From Paragordius varius (taxonomy: Eukaryota; Animalia; Nematomorpha), in assembly GCA_964247055.1 (NCBI GenBank), contig OZ176057.1, positions 5,084,001 to 5,148,000 on the forward strand: a stretch of 64,000 nt of DNA, read 5' to 3'. The notes beneath the pieces are model-generated. The model worked only from the letters and a program-made list of their open reading frames with translations, had not been told where the DNA came from and did not search any database. This document shows, piece by piece, positions 52,559 through 64,000 of this stretch (position 1 is its first letter; every line of letters starts with the position of its first letter). Made by a program: the position numbers and the translations under genes.

Positions 52559-54272
52559 CAGCCAAGTATTCGGTAATGCAAATCGAAATAAACAGGCAAA
52601 ACTTAAAACTAAAAGGCACTTTTTTAAAGATAACCATTTTGTTTAATATTTATAATTTAGATTTATAATAATTGAATGTGTTACCAATTATAACATTCCC
52701 TAACCCAAAACAATGATTGAAATCAAGGAAAAAAATACAGCTGTCTTTTAAAAAAATATTTGTCATTATGGTTTTTACGTTTTGTCCGTATAATTTCAAT
52801 CTATACTGTATATTCGATATGCCATAAAAATTTCAATTTGTATTTTTCATCATTTTTATTTTATCATTCAGCGAATCCCTCAATATCAAGAATACGATTG
52901 ATAGTTTGTTGATTAAGCTGAAATTGTTGTATGATTTAAGCCGTAGGATTTCGGGTGATACACTATTAGCCAAGGGCTCGATATCATTAGATAATTTTTT
53001 GTTTCTACGAAATATTTTTCAAGTCCTACCCCACTCTCAACTTATGGCAGATTCTGATGTAAGTGCACATTTTATGTAACATATATGAAAAGAATAAAAT
53101 ATAAGTCTAAAAAGCTTTTTTTGATTAAAAATATAAGATATTTTTAAACAAGTTAAACATTTAATAAAAGGCGCTTACTTAATCTATCCAGATTTATAAA
53201 TTTAAATCTAACCTTTATATACCTTCTAAAACAATCAAAACATGCAGTCGATTTAAATATGAAATTAAATAATTTTATTTTTTTACCAAAATGCAAATTT
53301 TAATTTCACAGTTTCTTGCCATTGAAAATCCAAAAAAACTTGACTATCAAAAATTAAAATGGTAGTTTGTTGACAATTTTATTTATATTTTAAGAATTAT
53401 TTTTTTTATAAAATACTCCTATTTGTAATTCAAAGTGATGGTTCAAGGATTGTTATCTTTGTTTATAGAAATTAAATGTATTTATATTTTGTCCGTATAA
53501 TTTCAATTTTTATTGTACGTGCTAATTATTTTGAAAAAAATTGTAATATATAATCATTTAGATTCGAATGGATGTCATATACCATTACAATGCGACTAAA
53601 ACCATTTGCTTTATCAAAGCACGGAAACATGATATTGTGACACGCTGTATTATGCCAAAAAGACCAATAACTACGGTAAATATTTGCTTAAAACGAAATT
53701 TAGTTTTAATATTTAATTTAAGTTTTAGAGACAAACCTTAAAAAAGTCAAATTAATTTTTAAAAGACAACCATACTTGTTTTAAACTTTAGTTTTACTAT
53801 ATGTATTGTTTTATTTTATAATTGTTATGTACTTATAAGATTGAGCTAACAATTTACACACTATTTCCTACTTTTTGCTTAAGCTTAAAATGTATGGTTA
53901 AAAAACATTTATGTTAATGTTTTAATGTTTTGTCCGTATATATATATATATATTTAGTTTTTACTGTATGCATGGTCCTTAGATCAAATATAACCAGAAT
54001 CCAACAGCTGTGAAAGTCGAACAGAATGGTCGCAAACAGAATGTCTATTATTTATTGAACGAATTCATTTCATTGGTGGATTGGGAACGTGGAAGAATGA
54101 TTGGATCTAATTTATGCTTTAGATAATTCTGAGGGACTGCGAATAGAATATAATAAATATGTACTATATTAGATGTTTCGGGGAATAATAATTTTTTTAG
54201 GAAAATTTATATCGTTTTGGTTGTTTTTCTACAAAATAAACGGTTTACTTATAATAATTCCATCTATAAAAT

Positions 54273-57200
54273 TTATTGATTGATATATTCATAAATTATT
54301 GTGTGGACACATAAAAGTATTGTGAAATATGTTAAGTCAGAATAACTAATTTTAGACTTTAACGCACCAGATGCTAAATCTTTTGCGACAATTTGAATTA
54401 AACCTTCGGCGCTCATCGTTGTGCAATTAAAATCCTCAACAAAATTTAGCCTTTCGGCTTGGCGATCTCTGTATTCCGACGGTTCCTGACATATAATTTG
54501 TCCAATCTGTTCGGGGTAAAAATAAAATATTGGGGAAGTTAAATTAACATTTTTATTGTTGGCTTTGAGAGGAGAGAAGAAGTCATTATTTGGGGCGGTG
54601 CTAATTTTTTGTGAATTGTGATGCGTTAATTTGTAAAAGTGTTTGGCCAAAGGAACCCAAGCTAATCTATAATCACATACTATGGGATTGGCTGTAATGT
54701 CCAAAGCCTTGACATACGTGGCAAAATCAATAAAGTGTAACGGATGAAATGTTTGTATCTTATTTCGTGAAAGATTTAAGTTAAGGTCATAATTGGAATT
54801 TTAGGACCACGACTCCCAGCTAAAATTTTAGCTCCATTTTCGGGCAAGGTAGCTTGCGTTAAAGTTGAATCCTGACTTATTATTGAGTTTTGACTACTGC
54901 TGTACCTTTGAAAAAGGCCCAGGGGTTTATTCAACTTAAGCCTTCGATAGATTGGTTTAGCACGCCTTAAACTCATGTCACTGAAAGCTTTGGGCGCTAA
55001 CGACTGAATCCCCATTTGAATAAAAGTTAGCCATCGGATATTATGGGCATCCCGAAATGCATAATCATGAATGCGTGTTAGTCGACCAATTCTAAACACC
55101 AAAGATTCCACGTTTCTCAGTCCACGAAAGGTGTTTGATAGTATTTCCATCAGAGGTAGTTGACTGAATTGAATGTGATTAACATTTTCAAGGCCATCAA
55201 AACATCCTGGCTCTAAATGTTTGATGCCCGTTTTAGCTTGTTATATACTGTACATTTTTAAGACCACGAAAAGCTTTAGTTTTGATGTAAGTCAATGGGT
55301 TCTCTGACAAATTTATGGATTCGAATCCTGGCTATCTATTACAACATTAATAATATAAATTTATAAAAATTTATTAAACAATAAGCCATCCTATAATTAC
55401 CTTTTTTCCTTAATATGCTTTCGGTGCTTATTGATAAATATGCTTATGTTTTCCATGCCCTTTTCAAATCTTTCAATAAGTTAATATTTATGATCCTTTA
55501 AATATACGACTTTTTTGCGTTACTAACTTTTTGACCTTCGTAGTGAGACTCATACAGTATAATTTTAAATTAAACGAAACGTTTAAAGAGAATTTTTAGA
55601 TCATCATTTTTAGACCCTAATTTATTCTATAAAAATCATTGGATAACAAATGTAAAATATATATTACCTATATATCATATCATACTTTACAGTTTTAATA
55701 ATGAGCTGTCTCTTAAAACATCAGTGTATAAAAAATATGGTTGGTTGTTTTTTAGAAAAAAATATTGACTTTATATTTATACGTTTTTTCAGTATAAATT
55801 TAATTTTTAATGTATGTTTTTACTGGGTTAACTTGCCCAATATAACAGTGAAAAAGATGGTGCATACCTATTTGAAAAACTGAACAATATCTTTAGTCTA
55901 ATAATTATAGAATTCCTAAACTTCAAAATTAATGGTATACGCCTGTCACCTTTTCGATGGGAGATTAAATTGTTCAAAGATTCCAAAAATCATTCAATTT
56001 GATAAAAATCCAATAACAAAATGATATTTTATATTAAGCTTAAGCTAAAATAATTTTTAAAAGCTTTCCAAATAAACATTGACAACGAAACATTTTTAAC
56101 GAAACTAGTATATATATATATATATATTTTATCCATATATAATATTCTTTGCTTTAAAAAATTTTTTTAATTAAATTTACATCAACAGAAAATAACTCAA
56201 TATTTCATATTCAAATCATATATATAAATTCAATTATAATAAAATACAATAAAAGTTGAAATTATACGGACAAAAAAATTTAAAAATAAATATTTTTTAA
56301 AAAACAACCATCCTTTTTAAATCTTGATTTTTGAAATATGAGCCATGTTTAAAATTGCAAAGTTTCAAATAGAGCTGTATAACACAATCAATTAATATTT
56401 CCAATAGTAATTGAATAATTGCAAGAATTAAGATTTAAAAAGCATAGTTGTGTCATTTGAAAAAAAAATATGGCATATTTTTACGTTTTGTCCGTAAAAT
56501 ATCAATTTTTACTGTAAAAAAGAAATGGCGAAAACCTTCAAAAGCTTCACGTTCTATCCTATCGATATGATTGGATTCCAAGTTTATTGTTCTGGCGCCT
56601 ACGATACCGCTCATACTATTTTGGCCCAAAACATCTAATGGATTATTTTTCATTAGCAGTGCTTTGAGATTTTTCATTCCTGTAAAAGCGTATTCCTTAA
56701 TTTCTTGAATCTCATTGTTATCCAAAATAAGGTGTTGTATGGGTAATTTATCGAAAGCCCGACTCGGTATGAATGATATTTCGTTTTGGCTTAAATCTAA
56801 ACAAATTAAATGAAATAAAAAAAGTGAATACATAAATACAAATATTTTTTTGAAAACACCGCTGTATTTTTTTATGCAAAGGTATTAAATCGAAATAATT
56901 GGTCAATTAATTATCTATGATTATATAATTATAGTAATTAGTTTCAAATAAATGTCTTTTAAAAAAACATTGTCTATATGTTTTTACCCTTTGTCTGTAA
57001 AATTTGAATTTTTAATCTAATTCTAATTTCGCTAAAATATGCAATTATATAAACCTAGTTTCTTAAAAAAATAATATACAATAAGGAAAAGTAGGGAAAC
57101 TGAATCTCTTTTAGTGGAACCGTTTTTTCTAACCATATAGTGAGTGATCTTGTCGTTTTAAATTTCAATTCTTCATCATATGTGAACCGTATATTTTTTA

Positions 57201-60200
57201 ATATTTTATAAAATTTAAATTATACAGATAAAATGTAACATCGATTTTTCCAACATAAATATCTACCTTATTTTTAAAATAATATATGAATTAACAATTT
57301 CCAAATCTATACCTATCTTACAACCAATAAATTATAACTAAAAAAATCAAGTTTTAAAGATGTGGTTGTCTTATTGAAAATGTCTTTTAATTTTTACCAT
57401 TCTGTATAATTGTAAGTATTTTTGAGTTAAAAACATTATTTTTTTAAAATATAAAGTTCAATTCCAATTAAAATATTTAATCAAGCGTGATTGGGAAAAC
57501 CGATTTTCTTTTTGTGGAACCAAATTAAACATTAATTTTTTGGAGCTTGAAACAAAAATCATGGTTAGAAATATAATGTGTCCAATATTCGGACCACAAT
57601 GCAAAGCTTATATTTGTATTGAAATTTAGTTTTTGTAATATATTATTACAATTAAATCCTATAAAATTTAACTTTTTTTGAAAGATAAAAGCATTTGTTG
57701 CAAATTAAACACTGAATAAATTATTTGCAAAAACAAATTTGAAACCAAAACTATTTTTTTTGTAAATATTTGATGAAATTTAAACCAACAACCTTTTAAT
57801 ATGTAACCACCGTTTCATTTCTGGCACCCGGAGCATGCCGTGATAGAGCTTTTGCGACCTCTTGCATTTTAAAAAATAATTAAATTCAAACCGTGGGCAT
57901 GACCAATCATAAATTGGTGATTTTATGTTTTACATTTAAAATTTTCACTTTTAGCTACCTATTTTTTAAAACAAAATTGAATTTTTTAGAGCCTCTTTAA
58001 CTATGCAGCAAGGGTACATCAGTCCTTTCCCTCCTTCTTGACTAAGCCTCTGTGTAATAAGACTCATAAATCGATATAAATATTCGGGGTGTAGATCTTG
58101 ATTATTATTTTAATATAATATTTTTCATATATTCTTAAAAAAATGCAATTTTTTACACTAACCAGACCCAGGATTTTAACCAAATTGTCGTTTATATCCA
58201 AATTTATAACCTGACTACATCCTGGTATATCCATATGGCATAATAATTAGTCTTAATATATACCGAAACTTTTGTAAAATGTCATTCATAACAAAAATAA
58301 TCAAAATTAAAATCTTATTTTTGTTTGCTGAAAATATATAATATGCAGTTTTTGGGGCCATAAAAATTCAGTGTGCTTTAGAAAAAAATAAAAATATAAG
58401 AAACTTTTACGATTTTGAAACGGATTTAAAACAGGAACCACGGTCTCAGAAGGCTTTTAAGAATTAGTTTTCTCTACATTTTAAGACAATATTTGCGCTA
58501 GAATTCCATAAATTATTATTATTATTATTATCGTTTAATTTCACCGTTTCTTCCTATAAAAATTATTAAAAGCAATATTTAGATTGACCAAACCAGGGTT
58601 ACTATTTTTTCTCAAATGCAATCAACCTACAAAATTTTTATGTTATCGATTTATACAAAAATATAACTTTAATTATGCAAAATTTACTACTATTAAAGCC
58701 CAATTTAATAAAAACGATCTAGATATGAACCTAATTTGATTGTGTTTTTGGGTATTCCTCTAGGTAGAATTTTAAGATCTGTCATGGAACATATCACGAC
58801 AGTACCCATCTCAAGTGGAGTTTTAGTTGATCCATCTGTCGTTCCCCGTGAAATAGTTTGTCGTCCAGGGGTCGTATTGGGTTTATCAGTTTCATCCACT
58901 AAAAATATATCAAAAAATATATTTTTGTAAAAAAAATTTAACTTTTTTTGTTTAAATCAATAAAAAAAAGCTACCCATATTATGTTTTAAATATAGGGTA
59001 AAAATTGATATTATACAGACAAAATGATAACATAAAGCTAATATTTTAAGACAACCATACTTTTTTTAAACTTAGTTTTATTAGATATGCAGCATTGTTT
59101 AACACTGAAAAGTATGAAATTGAGAAGAAAATTGGTAATTCAATCAATCATATATTTTACAATTGTATTTATTTAGGTTATATTGGAATTAAGATTGAAA
59201 AGTATGATTTTCCTAAAAAAATTTGCATTTTTTTACGTTTCTCTGCATAATGTGGTAACCCCAAAAATGAAAACAATAGAGAACAGTTTAAATTTTTGAA
59301 CGATATACATTGTTATATTATATTTGAATGGAAAAAATAAAAATTGGAATCAAACTTTGATTCCATAACTTAAATTAAACATATTCAAGCTTCAAATTTT
59401 ATTGTGAATAATAATTTTAAAGATTGATGATATAGTTATACTATTTATAACATATTCCTATTATTGCATAAATATATATTGGAAAAATGAATTAACATTA
59501 AAAAAATTAAAAGTAGAGTATCTCTCTCCCTGTTGCCAAAAAAATCGAACCAAATCAATATATATCAATAGTTTACTAAAAATAAAACCTTGAAATTATT
59601 AATTTTCCCCTCAGAGGTCTATATACCATATTTTTTTTAATTACTCAATGTTAAAAAATTGAAATTATACAGAAAAACGTAAAATCATACGACAAATATT
59701 TTTTTAAAAGACAACCTTACTTTTTTAAACCATTTTTCCCATAAAATTATTTTTAATTAAATTGATGTTTATTTCATGGTTTTGAACATAAACAATGAGT
59801 AATATTTATAATTGATCCATTAACATTTGGGGTAGATTATATCCCAAGGCGATATTTGTAATTGAATATCTAGATAGGTATTTACGGTATTGAGTTGAAT
59901 TTAAAAATATGCTTTTTTTAGCTTTTACACGCATTTTACAAATTTTTTTAAGAGTAAAATTGTCTTTTGCCCCCATTTTTTCTATGAATATTTTTAAATC
60001 GTTAATTCAACAAGCAAATAAATGTAAATTATGGTTAAAAAATGTAAATTAATTATTTCAAACTTTTTATATATTGATTTTAATATCAGCTGTTCGTTTC
60101 AGTTGTGTTTTAGAGCTGTCCCAATTTTAGACCTAGAAGTCACAATACTGTAAAAATATAAGCTTTTCTAATAATACAGGAGAACAATGTTTGGTAATTT

Positions 60201-60700
60201 TAACTAAAATAATCATAAAAACCGAAGTTATTTAAAAAATTGATCTAGAATATAAAACTACCCCAAAAGGTAAACTAGGTATAATATGGTGAAAAGGTAA
60301 TGAAGTGTTAAAAAGTACAGCGGTTATTTTAAAATATATGTCTTTATGTTTTTACGCTCCGTCTGTATGATTTCAATTTTCTCATAAAGAAAGGGATTAT
60401 AATAAACAATTATTTTAACTATGTAGATATCGATTATTGACTAAATCATTGTTTTTTGTTGAATGCCCAAAATTTTCAAAACGTTCCATCCAATTGTCTA
60501 TCAATTGCGAATTTTCTGATAATTTCGAGGTGTTTCATTCAAAGTCTTTTCCGTTGTTAACGAAAATATTGCTTCAAAGTAGTATGGTATAATTTTTTGT
60601 GTTATACATAAACAACTGGCCGGACACCCTTTGATATTGGCTAATGAGGTATTAACACTTCGTTTATCAAAACTGCCTCATCAATTGAATTGGAAACAGT
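54273..60700 (-). pseudogene. Extracellular leucine-rich-repeat protein (LRRNT-LRRs-LRRCT, GPI-type tail) with frame disruptions
   Basis: CPASCLC at 60606-60626. Exon 58731-58898 (VICSMTDLKILPRGIPKNTIKL). Exon 56536-56796 (24-aa LRRs, DLSQNEISFIPSRAF..). Large exon ~55335-54273 (LRRs, ANPIVCDYRLAW, ICQEPSEY..FNC, hydrophobic C-terminus). The frame breaks at ~55325, ~55243, 54776-54785 and ~60500. The LRR identity is secure; pseudogene status versus assembly error is not. Confidence 0.75.
56245..56516. mobile_element. MITE family A copy, 20 nt from an LRR donor site
   Basis: Family-A TIRs. It supplies the spurious C-terminal tail of ORF 56453-56833. Confidence 0.82.
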
Positions 60701-61196
60701 CAAATCCTTAGAATATAAATAACCCTTTTCAGAATATAATTTTGGGGTGAAATTTCTGATCTACGTACCCTATTAAGGATAAATTGAATTCAGATATGAG
60801 TGATAAATTTACTAAATATTTTAAACAAACGAATATTAATATTTCAAAGAGGAGTCTAGACAAATTGGGATAATGCATATCGTATACGTTCCTTTATTTA
60901 TTGAATGATATATCCAGTTAATTAAAAAAGTTATGGAGAAAAATTAATAATTGATTGCATGATCATAAGTTACAGATTTTGGATGCAGAGATTATTCTTG
61001 AATGAATAAAAGTTAAATTGGTATTGTAAAAAATTGATATAAAACTTAAAATTAAAAAAATCTAAAAAAGAGATATATTTCATAAGTGAGCACACCTCCA
61101 TATTTGTATCTATACTTATTTACTGCCTGTATATTTTTCCCATAACCAAAAGTGATAAAAATATAAACAATAAAATATGATATTAACATCAAAAAT

Positions 61197-61259
<63 letters not shown>

Positions 61260-63402
61260 ATTTTTGTAATTCATGGCAAGCTTTTTTTGTCTCTCAAAAA
61301 AATATGGACATTAGACAAATTACGAATAATAGTGGGAAAAGGCAACCTTCAAAAACCAATATAATAGATATATCAAAAAATAAGGATAAAACGGCTAAAT
61401 TTTTGATCAAAATTCATCTGTTGACCAATTATTTGTAATATTTGCGAAATATATACAAAAAAATTTCAGTTTTTTGAATTTAGCATGCATAATAGATGTT
61501 TTTTTATATAAAGATAAGCAACACTCAAATTTTGTACTAAATTTGATTAAATGATATATATATATATATACACTGGACAACAAATTTTTCTGCCACTTGA
61601 GTTTTTTGCATTTTCAGATATTTAGTATCATTCTAACAGTAAATCCGAAATAAAAATTATAACCCGTTGGAAGAATTTTGTATAATTTTATTTTTTTGAT
61701 TATGCGCCCTCTTTATCAAAATTTTACTAAAAAATGTTTTTCTTTGAAAATATACAAGTAATGCCCTTTTGTAATATATCATTCGAAAGAGTAATAAAAA
61801 CTCTTTAAAATGCATACTAATATGTATTACATCGACAGTTAATATTGGACACAAAGAGCGACAAACGCGCGAAGCGAGAGCACTTTTTTTAATTATTATA
61901 TTTTTGATACTAATGGATGAAAATAGCTCAAACTTTGTTTAGATGGTGATGAATGTCCAAAAAAGATAACACAAGAAAGTTTTTTTGATTAAAGCCTTTT
62001 TTATTGCTTTTATGTCACTCAAAACAGCCATTTTTAAGTTTTTTGTTTTTTAAAAATTACCATCTCATCAATATTAATTTATTTTCTTTACGAGGCTGAT
62101 AATTTCGAAATTTTTAAAATAATAACAAGGTTTAAGGTATTTTTGATCTTTTATAGCCATTATGTAATAAATTTACAGTTATAACTATGCATTTTTTATA
62201 TCCACTAGGCAAAATATTTATGACAATAATAAATTTTATCAAAAAGGCAAACCAAAAGCTTTTTCAAACATTTTTTTAAATTAAATACTAATATAACCCT
62301 AATAATTATATTAAAATAATATATATGATTTTCAAATTAGTTTGTCTGTGAAAATTCTTGACTTATTTATGGATTGAAAATTTCGACCATTTAAATCCAA
62401 ATAACTTTTACATCCGATTGATTTAAATGACTTATTACCATTTAAAAGATGCAGTTTTTTGCGCTCTTTCGAATGATATAAAATACATGGCTTCATATTT
62501 AAAACTTTTAATTTTCGAAATTTTGAGTTTAATGTTAAATCGGGGCCAAAAATTATCGATAAACTCTAATATAAAAAAATTCTTTCATGCTAGACCAATT
62601 TTCTTTTCACATATACTAATTATGTACTTTAATAAAATAAATTTTTAATTTACAAGAATGGCAGTTAAAAAAAGTTAAAATTTGTTGTCTAGTGATATAT
62701 ATATAGATATATATATATATACCACTTTGACGTAAGCAGAAATTTAATAGAAATCTTTTGTCTTATATTTAAAGGTAATTCTTGGCCTATATATATATAT
62801 ATTATTTATATATAATTAAAATAAAATATTTAATGTGTTGAAAACAGAGAAATTCATATTTTTAAATGATGGTTTTGGCTTTTGCGTACAACAATATGTC
62901 TGCACTGTAATAGCTAATAATAATTTTATCATGCCAATTTTTAATGTATTGGAAAACCAGGGGAGAGATTAAAAAAACGTACTTTTTATAAAGAGTAAAT
63001 ACTATTTTTCAACACGCTACATTTATGAAAGCCTAACTCTAGGAATATTTTATTATAGTTATCATCTCTAAATCATATTTAGATCCTTTTTTCATTGTTA
63101 TTGATTTTGAAAATTTTATTTGTGGTGGATAATTATGGTTGTCTTTACGTTAAATTAATTTTTCTTACAGTGCGTTTCTTTATTAATAATTTTGTAAAGA
63201 CACCAACGCTGCTAAAACATTTCTATATCCACCATATGGCTAGAACGATATTTTTGATTGGAAAAATGTTACTATTTCGGTTAGGAATATATAAAGTAAA
63301 AAAACAAGTAATTTATATAGGCAAGTTATAATGCTCACTATCATATAATGTATAAATGTTTTGAAAGTAAATAACGAAAGTTATTATTGGTTATTTCGAG
63401 TT

Positions 63403-63909
63403 CAGAGGTGTAGCTAGGCAAAATGGGGACTGATGCCCCGGGTACGCCGAATTATTTTACTTTAAAAAATGGGTATTTATAAGTTATTACAGTAAATATT
63501 GAAATTATACGGACAAAACGTAAAAATATAAGGACAATTTTTTTTAGGACAACCATACTTTATCAAACCTTAATTTATCTTATTATATGTTTATAGCATT
63601 TATATGTAAATGATTGTGTAACCAATATACATCTCTATTTTATACTTAAGAATTTAAAAACAATGAGTTATATTTAAAATCAAATTTAATAAGTATGGTT
63701 GTCTTTTAAAAAATATTTGTCTTTATATTTTTCCGTTTTTTACGTATAAGTTTTTATTGTATTTTTAATGACTCATAAAAAATGACCCATTTATGAGTGG
63801 TCATGACCACGGTTTAAATTTGTTTACTTTTTAAGTGAAAGAGGTCGCATGGAGGGGGCGCCATTCCGGATTCATACACCGGGCACCAGAAATGCAAGCT
63901 ACGCCTTTG
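63403..63909. mobile_element. hAT-like MITE with a nested family-A MITE (63488-63761)
   Basis: CAGAGGTGTAGCT ... AGCTACGCCTTTG ends; the GC-rich subterminal segments resemble the 32756 element. Confidence 0.55.
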
Positions 63910-64000
63910 TTCAATATTTTATGTGTGGCTAAAATTTGATTTACATGTCTGGTGCCATGAATGGGAATTTTCGATTTTAATTACATGAATAAAATTAAAA

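Noticed and set aside
55244-55253. TACAGTA at the LRR frameshift as a Tc1 excision footprint
   Set aside because: Removing a 5-bp footprint does not restore the frame; the 24-aa period requires adding 2 nt.
55317-55333. GGATTCGAATCCTGGCT resembling a tRNA T-arm
   Set aside because: There is no acceptor stem, D-arm or anticodon arm, and it is the antisense of LRR codons.
61855-61890. GCGCGAAGCGAG hairpin plus T-run as a Helentron-associated element end
   Set aside because: Suggestive only; I could not identify a second terminus or another copy in the window.

Overview
A very AT-rich, intron-rich animal genomic window, probably from an invertebrate; it is not prokaryotic. I rebuilt four spliced genes by hand using GT-AG junctions and frame bookkeeping. 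(1) A secreted GH56 hyaluronidase/chondroitinase (minus strand, 7 exons found, 8905 to 2013, 3' end not located). (2) A complete G-protein beta-5 gene (minus, 12 exons, 32031 to 12802, 419 aa) that includes an extra 201-nt N/Q/T-rich exon. (3) An orphan secreted glycoprotein with Ig-like modules (plus, 4 exons, 39233-45431, 444 aa). (4) A GPI-anchor-type LRR gene with several frame disruptions (minus, about 60700 to 54273). The window also holds a decayed divergent H2B/H2A pair with histone stem-loops, a Mos1-like mariner relic, a probable gypsy 3' relic, non-autonomous Helitrons, hAT MITEs and dozens of copies of two palindromic MITE families. The most unusual signal is in the G-beta-5 gene. 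Four of its introns contain repeated copies of a splice junction: about 30-38 nt of the neighbouring exon edge plus adjacent intron. These form arrays of roughly 4-12 decoy splice sites, with the real exon always at the edge of the array. Separately, only 4 of the 23 reconstructed donor sites have the usual +5 G.
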